A stretch of 28,458 nucleotides of DNA from a virus (lineage: Duplodnaviria > Caudoviricetes). Below, piece by piece: positions 19,901 to 26,034 of the stretch (position 1 is the first letter of the stretch; every line of letters starts with the position of its first letter). The translations under genes and the position numbers were made by a program. Where the stretch lies: the IMG/VR virus record IMGVR_UViG_3300032335_000862, positions 1 to 28,458 of that record; one strand, given 5' to 3'. The notes under the pieces were generated by a model. That model was not told where the DNA came from. It was given only the letters and a program-made list of their open reading frames with translations, and did no database searches.

Positions 19901-20515
19901 GAAGTCTGTGACTTGCTGCTGCTCTGGCGTCAAAGATTCGCGCGAGCGAACAAGCATCCCCTCTGGACCGAGATCGGCTCCCGTGCGCGGATCCTTGTAG
20001 ATTCGTTCCCATGCATCAGCGCTTGTCTGCACTCGACGCATCTGATTGCGCTCTTCAATTTGACGCTCGACCATGTCGGGCGTGATGAAGAGATCGCCGG
20101 TCGGGGTGTACTGCGTGATGAAATCATCGATGTTTCGATTGCGCTGATACGCATCGTTGCGCTTCACAGCTTTCTGGGAATCAACCCATGCGCTGACATC
20201 AATACCCCGAGCAGTACCTCCGGGCTTATAGCCCTCGTCTTCTGGGAGCGGCTCGTAGATTCCTTGCGACTCACGCAACTTGCGATCCGCCGCTTCGGAA
20301 CTCTTGCCCATCTGTTCGCCAAGAACATCGAGCGTTTCCTGTGCCGCATATGGGTTGAATGTCGATGCGGTCGGATCGAGAGCCTGCTCCGACGCTTGCC
20401 GCATCGTTCCATACACATCGACCTGTGGCTGCGGAACCTCGTTCAGCGCCTGCTCTGGCGCAAGAATCGGGCGTCCGGTCAGCGGGTCAACGGGAGGCTT
20501 GTTGATCGTGCTCAT
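7913..20515 (-). CDS. Giant multidomain (polyvalent-type) internal virion / ejection protein (4200 aa)
   Basis: Uninterrupted 12.6-kb ORF at the end of the virion block. Gly/Ala-rich hydrophobic N-terminal helices, Pro/Ala/Lys linkers, HEMWH (aa 1688), HhH-GPD-like K2503/D2521, HDALGH (aa 3134), helical C-terminal region (TQFSFTKANNP..LLQYKRF) typical of large phage ejection proteins. Confidence 0.85.
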   Translation of the reverse strand: MSTINKPPVDPLTGRPILAPEQALNEVPQPQVDVYGTMRQASEQALDPTASTFNPYAAQETLDVLGEQMGKSSEAADRKLRESQGIYEPLPEDEGYKPGGTARGIDVSAWVDSQKAVKRNDAYQRNRNIDDFITQYTPTGDLFITPDMVERQIEERNQMRRVQTSADAWERIYKDPRTGADLGPEGMLVRSRESLTPEQQQVTDFLDLKDAVRKRVEQEDAIKRGEWGAWIQRSIEEKTLEIQRTGGAGKVRGVALSIPSGVLSGLQSISGFASLLGSGLEAWSEDIFGFQQGTTGEATATFFNNISGILELGKQNMTGSSDQTVQVLNAMGDGVGQLGVALGLALLTGGSGAIPMFVGSAGVQAAGGAYNQSYLKALQSGYDQEGARAIASVDAALYGISSTILQAIPAGAIFGRQQQAAAQILSKAAVADTVKRFSSNPYIIRKVAAGAAAEGFQEVAEDALGTMVQIATWGASGGDPLRRAELYRNLTSDDPKIKEQAWSEVLTQFAGNVLGGAGGGAVAGKIVQATDLSRWRQNLDERQRAWNAFERGVSENPDIVKERQYLGSAGNAADLSQEQLEAAARGKKVLDETDETRAGVAPGRKDQRLIVNPLDAVKELQRRGLPVPADAVKPVEEPKKAAEATKPSADGKRSIFDGLDLVDRKTKKPIAVDNSGIDAAKLSALDEAEVEKLVTINPDAVQIILGTPGVAASAKNIARLFTDPALAKAMESVLSDPKKRAELLEKMMRASAKGGKFAAPKTAPAALSPAEQARLDEIDAALEDETKRPKGADLLKMLRERQELVVRKVFGTKDEDLEPLSPYEKEQLGIKKAAVADPRTDAKDKARLTAEVDLLERRSRSAKTWAAPALPTVTPDPAGKPLSTGETNRLKQIVAALTDGRPLKSEKRLAWEEEYKKLKAREGIVKPAPAPAPAPAPKPAPTPPPAPPKPEDLGPLSPYEKEQLNIKRKAFFSPTTTEDQKKRLKDEIDLLEARDRLPGTFKAPALPAFTPATSGKPLTAGEKDTLARIETSLTDGRPLTPETRAKQEAKWIELKSRENLVATPKPAPAPKAPKGTATPAPAPAPAPEPTPATPPVEAAPTEAPAAPAPEPTPETPTEITPAVEALSAEDQATMSDISVAIGGLDDAFNPYTEANRSLLAKIRNGDSFTQDEWNAAGYPEFGTSILVGIGYLTANADGTFSKSAGGDSAVEAGAPTPPDGGDLSPAAPVAPSAPITPVPAKPKGTRAVPASRLDQATRRRNRIRTIARVMYNMVGNRPTNTPSPAFSINKITNGARTGLIAQVWEASYDKELALDNAASNAALIIAAMPSKGGMRAVATPAWLVNSFQSSRSNRIEIGKELYAKLDKADRDALVNSGFFDIYEDSDGSMRLGIAQISATDVLQAQAYGADLAAEGATLESADQPLAAYAGERMPPTEPDKMPGTLWKKRSATKRSLIPKPMEPLFTILRHSVSNFLSPAGIYEAMGASSSAQPGDLDYIDQSAQPRLTRSQIAEATKAAQDALGSMKASGFKSPSHHLVASGSMGAEFAHDGQANISRLASLGGNQHRFANSSELGKRLGYQPESNPINIANSNGILVVETTAHKGGRTHGLFDPYMSMNVRMTSRRAADGTVSYSLSSAAPDVPLQDDEFMLSMPVIMYTQNMIKETGAGSDQQSRQRAGLFDTLMHEMWHALLIGKEFDFGASAALRTTADHEKILERIEKQSPELYDLIMAALKLHGYSRGQMNEERAVRIAAKMSALILSDPAELHVVLGTIVAEAKARKKAPLAFSWIVASVNHATDLMISVAKKFGKKGWAESAAQTAKDALDSAGFGPIAEPSSDFKTLALASLVATPETAEEVGNRMALMASELRILMGTAEDAYQGTVGKGKQPSGEGTLEYDIEVGRQVRVLADKRGSEEALDALVDLILAANEAMRPFAIASTMRAGLQTIEPTAAAVLPGVPATRPVQSSAYYQLSIENIVDDPSNDSDPDEDTVIAEQDARDVSAKSFGGKTLKLIGIKLANAWVVSKRVVESAMLRDKSVNPQRTSAKNYYKENIERFAAIDDRAHRLSINETAITADPSYASMTATGKKFMDAAIYSAQRIVGEDLDDALKFSRPLEKDQEEAIESVLSSSKATGASRSTLEFLLRVIANDLFGPQIIDNANRKAGDPGWIVPPVRSIRIVDGGIDFDTGTIGWGLFGEQESLTGLRDEKRTKAEARNERRREQTRKNAAKRLVDRVNDLNARAAAGDESAQRIIRENRWYNEIFDRLRTAFGNHQIMFSELLAALSPQTPADTNYKYAVEAMRNFTEGKYDALIARYVDWVTDSDRIAALNEVNAQIDLRDKELAKLRRQTGRKYPAKKDKIRKVLAKRRADLGVYTGPTPFRDILVTQGKPFPSDPYEDKEGKLIYPKPKLFMTMTHLVKAYGPSKEDFKGNSRGYAKARKEWTEAVRANNPMAFDRRGRLVEGATISVTRKFGINSKPALNVMAGIWATNISSPKVHTFFSNLSGLGTNATIDLWAARALRSALGLPRIPAYAETSVKGEVQGGNIDTISGEYAFAQSIMHDAARELGMDPMNLQALLWFAEKDLWNTNGWTSSAGQAGSFERSHDRDPLTLIETSIDTTDIEPDSSVLGKLISQLKNDKSVISIQYNGDQRSTAGRRIGLGMTVRYKQFDTNDFAEKIAGAIREAGSTSRVTVTQTIPFGIEKTPNSRPAFTVNFTSPRSIEEATGLAVQIEGENPGWHIEILTDPRVDRNGVKVAKPGIGLRIHYAAETDPAIRANAMRSSDATTASQDEIMRLRTDKLTSHLSDLHKRKIINDAAKAMAVESITYGLEGVPDDKQGVAAFSDFRSGQPVESRSVQAVAAEAVGIESGFGGSERVGDEPADGYPEGTDAIAERVVPEEVLRQHRRAVENIFPNDGPEPIRVREPSQELAGETNEERERAYGTGDGAGRASVRSLAPLEGAPSIKGASGPDPNLIAVAESYARDRGIDLKRQAYYASVDEDRARRIAAAYEAMPHAPNDPVVKEAYENLISQLRDQYDALVQAGYKFWFFDENTDPYAGNPWNAMRDLRATKSMGVFATEAGFGTSDFNASGNPLLVETGLMWPYGSPDGEMKRVFANDLFRAVHDALGHGIEGSGFRAAGEENAWQAHVRLFTGSAIAALTSETRGQNSWLNYGPYGEKNQTAPVAETVFADQKTGLMPSWTWEEGRVPSETSEVRRVREPSREMISSSDDTDVALPPELETPEPRGGAMSAVKRFFGRTDEVAVVSRKKEGDLGVIRRWLLPLITSAWSSANRQVRFVAEEMVSSDLERMRVTNGIIEQGKDLFSKLPREYRSDNGKKFYKLMDRFYDPTKPNSDSQWVDESGNRLADDVIDILREFKRIDEDQRLGIINAKRDSAKEIVRYMGTQRLLRVAAENGANWAIERVRYGPGRREYQTFVMDTDTGDMMTIDEAREAIVKVMVPDDWGRQFSHIFHGFFGSYEGFWYSKSAYRDAKARGESDEQALRSARRSIAMDGGTATANTEGEMTRRLLAFRKNPPPGIAKDDIGRIEINIQTYVPPDVVRVSGRQYDALRKHIQDAAGVESAAVNEMLRGRIGRTEGKQRFYAPLLERKGKEGFDMDFMRAWEAQTAGYYKWLYYNRMRRNVTATIEDLRRQGYVGWAAHFQDTLDYTTTFKQSQFEQAIDGLIASIPGLRTMVGPLPTRRWLQMVRSVNVARQLWTVRQQVVNSMQPLQTVFPIIGGKRFVSYMARYNGREGKEMLSKYGYLRPNGEWFEGKEFRMTSGTGWLTRVYEPIKKIMQKSPIAGSESRNQNFTFFAFYTYAKEELGMEDNEAARHALLRVAQTQFSFTKANNPVIFRGPTRATLLQYKRFMLSSIGLAQNIIHARHPVTGELLPRRTRGAMFARWMSTFLVAGGLKGLPVYFLLDAIAWALEWPLDEKKRATGYDIYAELREQLGDNWANMLVMGLPSAAGVDISGSIVLFPKPYGRTTYEQLGAFIAGPTLSAVGDVYTSLANKDAVYQSGFREVGNAVLASSPAFQQILNFTDAVSGASEQYDVQGRLKFRKTLGEQVRGVMGFRTTRESLESLEYNKIVVMQEAIDAYKDEIATLAASGKIVEMQQKIRAWNAMFPEMPLPFNMKALMKDPSIGRRIKRKIDDRTLDTRQRRLKSVNDDLARVLVDRYGVNVEEEP
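11527..11688 (-). CDS. Candidate nested (+1 frame) microprotein inside the giant gene (53 aa, MKNENGLTGPETEQEGLRYEALRRLKVRR...)
   Basis: AGGAG exactly 6 nt before the ATG. Lies in the linker just upstream of the HDxxGH domain. Confidence 0.45.
   Translation of the reverse strand: MKNENGLTGPETEQEGLRYEALRRLKVRRASRARQDQTQTSSPSQSPTPEIEE
11764..11988 (-). CDS. Candidate nested (+1 frame) protein inside the giant gene (74 aa, MTNKEWLRSLISGQGNQLNRDPFRQLLLKQLE...)
   Basis: AAGGAG exactly 6 nt before the ATG. Amphipathic-helix composition unlike the usual Ser/Arg/Thr-rich +1 shadow ORFs. Host-frame third positions are mostly A/T here (about 28 of 76 G/C by hand count). Confidence 0.58.
   Translation of the reverse strand: MTNKEWLRSLISGQGNQLNRDPFRQLLLKQLESSQDSEAQSVWATNLPMDTLKEPMPSQKESSLKRSFDSIDEL
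17335..18073 (-). repeat. Internal tandem duplication in the giant protein (period 408 nt / 136 aa)
   Basis: EDLEPLSPYEKEQL...APALP...GKPLSTGE...LTDGRPL...LKARE versus EDLGPLSPYEKEQL...APALP...GKPLTAGE...LTDGRPL...LKSRE, each followed by a PAPAP linker. Confidence 0.9.
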
Positions 20516-23376
20516 CGGTTCTTGTTCCTCTGCTTGAACGACTCGCCCTTGGTCTTGATGAACTCCTGCAACTCACGCTTGGCATCAGACAGGTCGCGAT
20601 TTGAGGTCGGATCCGACTTGTACCTGTCGCGGCGCTCCTGCATCTTGGCGACCTGATCTTGCAAGCGCTGGTATTCGCCCCAGAGCTGTTTCTTTGGAAG
20701 GAGTCCTGGGCTGTCTATGCCAAATGTCCGATCCATGAGTGTCGGCTCTTCAGGCTTCCATTCGGAAGGAGCCTGTGGCTTCGGTTCTTCAGGAAGGATT
20801 CCACGCTGGCGCCCCCACGCTTGTCCAAAGCCCTTGACCATCTCGTCACGGCGGTCAGGTTGTGCGGGGGTGGGAGCAGCAGGTGCTTGAGGAGCAGCCT
20901 GTCTCGGGGTCTGTGCTGGGGCCTGCCTTGTGGCAGGCGCTGGAGCGCTTGGCTTCTGGGCGGCCTTTGGTGCGGTCTGCTCAACCCATGAGTTGAGCCT
21001 CTTGCGCAGATCCTGAATGATCAGGCGACCCTTGAGGCTGTTGCCGAATCCGTTCTGGTTTGCGACGGACTCGACCATCCTGTCGATCTGCTGGTACTTG
21101 TTTCCAAAGGATCCGCGTTCTGCACCGCTGAGCGCACGACCTTCCATTTCGTGAGAGATGTTCCAGATGTTCTTTGCCATGTCGTTGAGGTTCTGCTCGT
21201 ACTCTTTCGTACGACCACCACCTGCTTCGAGAACATCGACAGACTCGTCCAAGAATCCGATCTTGTACAACTTCTGCGCTAGGTCGCCGGCGACATTGGA
21301 TGTTGGAAGATTGATTCCAGCAGTTCCTGGATCCCTGTTGCCCTTCGACACATCCTTTGCCCATCCGGTGCTGCCAAAGCCACGGTTCTTGTCCACGCGG
21401 TATCCAAGCGAGTGGGCGATGTACATCGTCATCATCGCCTTGCCAGCAGGGCCAAGTTCGTCGTAGTAGTTCGAGACGATCTCCTGCAACTGCGACTGTG
21501 CCGCAGTTGGATTCTTCGGATCAAACATTTCGTCCGTTGTCTGGAATTTCTGAAGAAGGTCCTCGAACTTGGACCACTCTTCAGGGCTGCGAGCGCGGAT
21601 CTGCGCTGCCTCGCTAGCGAATGCCTTGCGCTGCGCATCGGTCAGGGCGAAGTTGCCGAGATTGACCGTCTGCTTCCCGAATGGAAGCGTGCGAACCTCA
21701 AGGCCGTTTTCGTCAGGAATGATGTTGGCAAACTCGGTATCGACTTCGAGATCCGCAAGTTGCCGCATCTGCCTTGGAGCAGCATAGGTTTCTCCATCAG
21801 GTCCGGTGATTGCAGGGATGGCAATGTCGCTGCCGCGACGGCGAATCTGCATGGTCCCGCGCGTGCCGACTTCACGGCGGTATTTGGTGGAGTCGATAGC
21901 AGGCTTCTTGGTTTCTGGCTCTTGGATACCAAGTGCCTCGGCCACCTTCTTGGTTCGCTCTGACCGAGACTTCCTGTCGCTCGCGAAAGCGCTGATCCGA
22001 GCCTGTTCAAGTTGGCCCGTCAGATCGACGCCCTGGCTCTGGAGCATGTCGAGAGCAGCCTGCGGATCTGACTTCGCGATGTCCATCAACTCCTGCTGCG
22101 CATCTGGGTCTTGAACAAGGGCGATTGCGTCGCTGATGACTTTGCGTTCTTCCTGCGTGGTTCCTGGATCAACTCCCTTTGACCACTTTTCGTAAGCGGC
22201 AAATGCGTCTTCCGAAGTCATGGGAGCCTCGGCTCCGGCCGATGCGCGACCGCCTGAAGGAGTTGTTCCCGCTCGACCACGGCCTCCACCGCTCGCATCT
22301 GGTGTCACAACAAGCTTGCCGCTCGTCCTGTCGATGTAGCGAGTTCCAGGTGGAAGCGCATCGATTTCCGATTGCGTCGTTGGAAGCGGGACGATCTGTC
22401 CGTTGGGGGCGCGAACTGCGCGCATGACATCGCCGGTGTCAGGGTTTCTGAACCGACCATCTTGCATCGACTGAAGACCTGTTCCTTCCTGAAGTTCGGA
22501 GAACTCTTCAGGAGGAGGAGCGTCCATGCCCATAGGAGAACGCTCAAGAGGCTTTGCAGCCATGTATCCCTGATCGAGTTCGTCGGCGCGGGCGGCGATC
22601 TTCTCAAGCGCCTGCTGTCGCTGCTCAGGGGAGAATCGCTGGTCAACCATGACGCTCTGTCGCGCCTTTTCGAGTTGGTTGTATGCATCGTGATACGCGG
22701 TTTCCGTGTACCCCTGATGCATCTGCGCCGCTTGGTCGGCCTTGCCGAATCGACCACCCTGGAGGTCGTAGTTGTAACGATCAATGTCCTGCTGAGTCAT
22801 CTCAGGAGGCATATTGGTCGGAGATGTCGGCATCAGCGGATTCCAAGGACGCTGCTGCTGCATCGGCGGCTGACCCATCGGCTGCTCGCCCTGCATCTGC
22901 TGAGGCATTTGCATGCCTCCTGGCTGCTGCGGCATTCCAGGACCAGCGTAGAACTGATCCGGAGTTGGACCAGTTGGCTGCTGCGGCCTGTTCTGCATCC
23001 AAGGCAACTGAGCCTGACGGTCGCGGAATGCTTGACTCGCTCCCATTCTTCCTGTTGCAGGATCAACTTGCGGCTGGTTGTATGAAGGCGAACGCTGGCC
23101 GATGTTTCCGAGGCCAAGCGGATCATTCTCAGGCGACCAAGCCTTGATGTTGGTTCCCATGTAGTAGCCGTCTTCGCTCACCGCTCCACGAGGAACGGAT
23201 TGCGTCGGCGTCTTTGGCTTCGACATTGGCCGCGCAGGAAGGCCGCCAGGAGGCGCCCAGTCCTGAGGCAACGGAGGGTTGTTCGGATTGGGCGCGGGCT
23301 TCCAGTCGCGCGGTAGCGGCGGATTGTTCGGGTTCTCCGGTGGTTTCCAGTTGGGGTCAAGAGGAGGAACAGGCAT
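20512..23376 (-). CDS. Pro/Gln/Met-rich large protein, probable internal virion / ejection protein (954 aa)
   Basis: GGAG-N6-ATG and ATGA coupling to the giant gene. Largely disordered and helical, no Cys. Contains EIDALPPGTRYID, a short motif I associate with phage ejection proteins. Confidence 0.7.
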   Translation of the reverse strand: MPVPPLDPNWKPPENPNNPPLPRDWKPAPNPNNPPLPQDWAPPGGLPARPMSKPKTPTQSVPRGAVSEDGYYMGTNIKAWSPENDPLGLGNIGQRSPSYNQPQVDPATGRMGASQAFRDRQAQLPWMQNRPQQPTGPTPDQFYAGPGMPQQPGGMQMPQQMQGEQPMGQPPMQQQRPWNPLMPTSPTNMPPEMTQQDIDRYNYDLQGGRFGKADQAAQMHQGYTETAYHDAYNQLEKARQSVMVDQRFSPEQRQQALEKIAARADELDQGYMAAKPLERSPMGMDAPPPEEFSELQEGTGLQSMQDGRFRNPDTGDVMRAVRAPNGQIVPLPTTQSEIDALPPGTRYIDRTSGKLVVTPDASGGGRGRAGTTPSGGRASAGAEAPMTSEDAFAAYEKWSKGVDPGTTQEERKVISDAIALVQDPDAQQELMDIAKSDPQAALDMLQSQGVDLTGQLEQARISAFASDRKSRSERTKKVAEALGIQEPETKKPAIDSTKYRREVGTRGTMQIRRRGSDIAIPAITGPDGETYAAPRQMRQLADLEVDTEFANIIPDENGLEVRTLPFGKQTVNLGNFALTDAQRKAFASEAAQIRARSPEEWSKFEDLLQKFQTTDEMFDPKNPTAAQSQLQEIVSNYYDELGPAGKAMMTMYIAHSLGYRVDKNRGFGSTGWAKDVSKGNRDPGTAGINLPTSNVAGDLAQKLYKIGFLDESVDVLEAGGGRTKEYEQNLNDMAKNIWNISHEMEGRALSGAERGSFGNKYQQIDRMVESVANQNGFGNSLKGRLIIQDLRKRLNSWVEQTAPKAAQKPSAPAPATRQAPAQTPRQAAPQAPAAPTPAQPDRRDEMVKGFGQAWGRQRGILPEEPKPQAPSEWKPEEPTLMDRTFGIDSPGLLPKKQLWGEYQRLQDQVAKMQERRDRYKSDPTSNRDLSDAKRELQEFIKTKGESFKQRNKNR

Positions 23377-23392
23377 CGGAGTCTCCGTGAAT

Positions 23393-23406
23393 CTGCCATG
23401 TGGCAG
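23393..23406. promoter_or_regulatory. Palindromic operator-like site CTGCCA-TG-TGGCAG
   Basis: 6-2-6 inverted repeat in the 42-bp intergenic gap. 14/15 identical (23393-23407) to the core of the terminator palindrome (7738-7752). No U-tract. Confidence 0.55.
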
Positions 23407-23412
23407 GTGTCA

Positions 23413-23441
23413 ATGATACTAGCCAAGAAGGCGCTTGAGAA
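23413..23441 (-). promoter_or_regulatory. Putative sigma70-type promoter for the 954-aa/4200-aa/RHH unit
   Basis: Minus strand TTCTCA (23441-23436)-N17-TATCAT (23418-23413). An overlapping TTGACA (23413-23408) has no matching -10. Confidence 0.4.
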
Positions 23442-23847
23442 CCCACGATTTGACCCTGTCCTTGAGTTTCGCATGCCGTCCAGGGGCAGGGGTCCATTTG
23501 TTCTTTGGGCATGTCGCCTCTGGCATGGTCAACTTGATTGACAACTTGGATCGGGGGGAAACCCCGCATCCACAGCCGCGGCAGAAGCCAATCGGATCCG
23601 CTAGATCCTTGCTGTCAAACCGCTGATCGCAAGACCTGCACTGGTCTGCGCGCTTGTTGAACTCGGCATCGGAGACTGGGCCGTAGAGTTGCAAACTCAT
23701 CTCGGCTGTCACATAGCGCTTCACATTGCTGACCGTGACCTGAGGCTTCGGTTCATCTGCCAAAGCCTGCTGCTCAAGCCGAGCGCGCATCGCCTCTTTT
23801 GATCCCGTAGTGAGTTCGTTTGAGATGTAGGAGTTCTTTGGGACCAT
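23419..23847 (-). CDS. Small Cys-motif protein (CxxC...CxxCGC...CPxxKW; DUF6171-like), 142 aa
   Basis: RADQCRSC-x15-CRGCGC...KLTMPEATCPKNKW. Starts 3 nt after the stop of the Cys-rich gene. Confidence 0.75.
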   Translation of the reverse strand: MVPKNSYISNELTTGSKEAMRARLEQQALADEPKPQVTVSNVKRYVTAEMSLQLYGPVSDAEFNKRADQCRSCDQRFDSKDLADPIGFCRGCGCGVSPRSKLSIKLTMPEATCPKNKWTPAPGRHAKLKDRVKSWVLKRLLG

Positions 23848-23850
23848 GCG

Positions 23851-26034
23851 TCAATCGCAGTCTGGTGTGAATCCAATGCAGGAGATCTGGCCTGCTGTCG
23901 AATGCGGAGGGCAATTTGTGATGGGTCCGCATGCAGAATTTATGGTGTAGAACGGATCAACTGCTGTTGGATCGCAGTCGCATAGACCATCAGCGCATTT
24001 GGCTCCGCAGCATGCACGGTCGCCATACTCAGATGACGGGCAAGGCGGAGCTCCTGAAAGTTGGCATCCGCATCCCCAGCACCAAGAAAGTTGATCCCCT
24101 GCCGGGTAGTCGTAGGGATCACAGATCGTGTCTTTCGGCGGCAAGTGTGTTCTAGGCCAGAATCCCCAGTCATTGAACACTGGCAGCGGTGGCTTTTCAT
24201 GCCTGCATGTGAACGGGATCGAGTCAAGCCACGAGTCCACGCTTCGCTTGGCTTCGACAAGGAAAGATGTCGCCGTGTACAGGCATCTGATCTTGTAGCA
24301 GTATCCGCAAGCAGGACCAGGATTGCATGGTGTTCCCTGTGGCGTCCTGAACTCCGAGTCAGACCGATAGACGCTGTAGCGGAAACTCATGCCTTCGCAG
24401 TAAGCCTTTGCCGAGAACATCTCGCATGCGCTTGGCGGATCGCATGAGGGATATGGAATTTGACAAGGCGATGTACCGCATCCGTGGCATACAAGGTTGT
24501 CCCAGGGTGGATTAGGTCCGTGGTTGCAGCAAGCGCACGAAGATTGCGACCCAGGACTTCGACCACCACCCTTCAGCGCTTCAATGCAACTTGAGTCTCC
24601 TCGACCTGCTCCGATCAAAATCGACAGTTCCTCATCTCCTGGACATCCGCCTCCGCCTCCAGCGGCATTCCAGCCAACCCATGTCCATCCGCCAGGACGC
24701 CCTCGGAAATAGATCCATTGACGCTCTGACCAGTAGTTGTAATCGTCTTGCGCAGTCGGTCCGCTAGTAGGACCTGGATAGTTTATGAAACAATCGGCTT
24801 GCAGCGGGTCGAGGTTTGGGAATGCAGAAACAACATCGGCCTTGCGCAGCAATGGTTGATTGCTCTGTCCAACCGTCTTGCAAGTCATGCGCTTCCTGAA
24901 CGGGCCAAGCGTGTGCATCTGATCCACATCTTGGACACAGAGGTTGTATCCAGCCGTTGGGAATCTGGCATGCAATTCCTGATATGCAGTTCGCTGTTCG
25001 TCGCGCCAGTCATTGGCCCTGATGTATCCCGCTACGGCGAGTTTGTTGAGCACCTCTTGCTCTGGATGCGTGCATGTGCCGAACAGATCTTCAAGGAACT
25101 GCTCGGCTTCTGCCTGCGTGATTACGCCAAACCTGACAGCATCGATGAGATCACCTGCGTACAGGGGTATTCCGCTGCAAGCAAAGATCCACCACTTTGG
25201 AACAAGGTCGTCGGTCTGGTAGAGGTTTCCTCCGCAATTCACGCCACTTGGTCCATAGGTGCACCCAGGGACATAGATGCGCACGCCTTCGGCGCAGTCG
25301 GCAATTCTCCACCATCTCTCGAAGTGGACGACGCAGAGCATCTGGCTAGATCGATTCAATCCGCCAAGTCGAGAGCAGTTGGAGTAAGAACCACCGCTGT
25401 ACGAGATCGTGTCGCAGCAATTTCCTGTTCCGAGATCCTGTCCATCCTTATGGCATATGGCTTCGTTGAGCCACTTCCATTGATCCGTGACCCCCTGCCT
25501 TCGCTTTCTCCATTCGGACATGCCCTCATCGTTGCATTCGGCGCAACAATTCAGGCAGTTCGTGCTCCATTGCTGACCGTTGTAGTCTGGGTCATTGCAG
25601 CATGTCTGCTGCTGAAATGCGCACGGAGCGCCACAGGAGATGTATGCATCGCATGGAGTTGGATTTCCGGTCACCTGATCGTATTGGCAAAGCGGATCAG
25701 GGCACATCTCGGCAAAACCGTCAAATGCCTTGAGTCCACTCATTCCTACAGGTATGCATTTCCACCAGCAACTGTGATAGTGGTAGATGGCTTGGATCGG
25801 CTCTTCGGTTGGCTGCGTCACATTGCAGCATGTTTCATGCCGCGTCGTTTCGCCAGAGAACGGATCGAATGTGTTGCATGAACCAGCGTACTTGAACGAG
25901 TATCCTGGTCGACCGCACCACAGAAGCAGGGTGTCATCGCGATGGCAGCAGCCGCTCTCGATCTCGGTCTGCCAGATGCAGTCCTTTTCGCAGGTTGGTC
26001 CACAGCAGCACGATTGGGCGTAGGCTCCGAGCAT
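23851..26034 (-). CDS. Very Cys-rich protein (727 aa), probable tail-tip / receptor-binding component
   Basis: About 67 Cys (~9%) including CCC and many CC/CxxC, also Trp/Tyr/Gly/Pro-rich. No signal peptide. TGATG-coupled at the distal end of the tail genes. Confidence 0.75.
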   Translation of the reverse strand: MLGAYAQSCCCGPTCEKDCIWQTEIESGCCHRDDTLLLWCGRPGYSFKYAGSCNTFDPFSGETTRHETCCNVTQPTEEPIQAIYHYHSCWWKCIPVGMSGLKAFDGFAEMCPDPLCQYDQVTGNPTPCDAYISCGAPCAFQQQTCCNDPDYNGQQWSTNCLNCCAECNDEGMSEWRKRRQGVTDQWKWLNEAICHKDGQDLGTGNCCDTISYSGGSYSNCSRLGGLNRSSQMLCVVHFERWWRIADCAEGVRIYVPGCTYGPSGVNCGGNLYQTDDLVPKWWIFACSGIPLYAGDLIDAVRFGVITQAEAEQFLEDLFGTCTHPEQEVLNKLAVAGYIRANDWRDEQRTAYQELHARFPTAGYNLCVQDVDQMHTLGPFRKRMTCKTVGQSNQPLLRKADVVSAFPNLDPLQADCFINYPGPTSGPTAQDDYNYWSERQWIYFRGRPGGWTWVGWNAAGGGGGCPGDEELSILIGAGRGDSSCIEALKGGGRSPGSQSSCACCNHGPNPPWDNLVCHGCGTSPCQIPYPSCDPPSACEMFSAKAYCEGMSFRYSVYRSDSEFRTPQGTPCNPGPACGYCYKIRCLYTATSFLVEAKRSVDSWLDSIPFTCRHEKPPLPVFNDWGFWPRTHLPPKDTICDPYDYPAGDQLSWCWGCGCQLSGAPPCPSSEYGDRACCGAKCADGLCDCDPTAVDPFYTINSACGPITNCPPHSTAGQISCIGFTPDCD

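Noticed and set aside
13676-20656. Long + strand ORFs (695, 318, 541, 469 aa) antisense to the giant gene
   Set aside because: Antisense shadows expected from GC-rich codon bias and repeats. No clear SD, no recognisable motifs, atypical composition.
23393-23406. Hairpin as an intrinsic terminator for the tail genes
   Set aside because: Only a 6-bp stem with 2-nt loop and no U-tract on the - strand.
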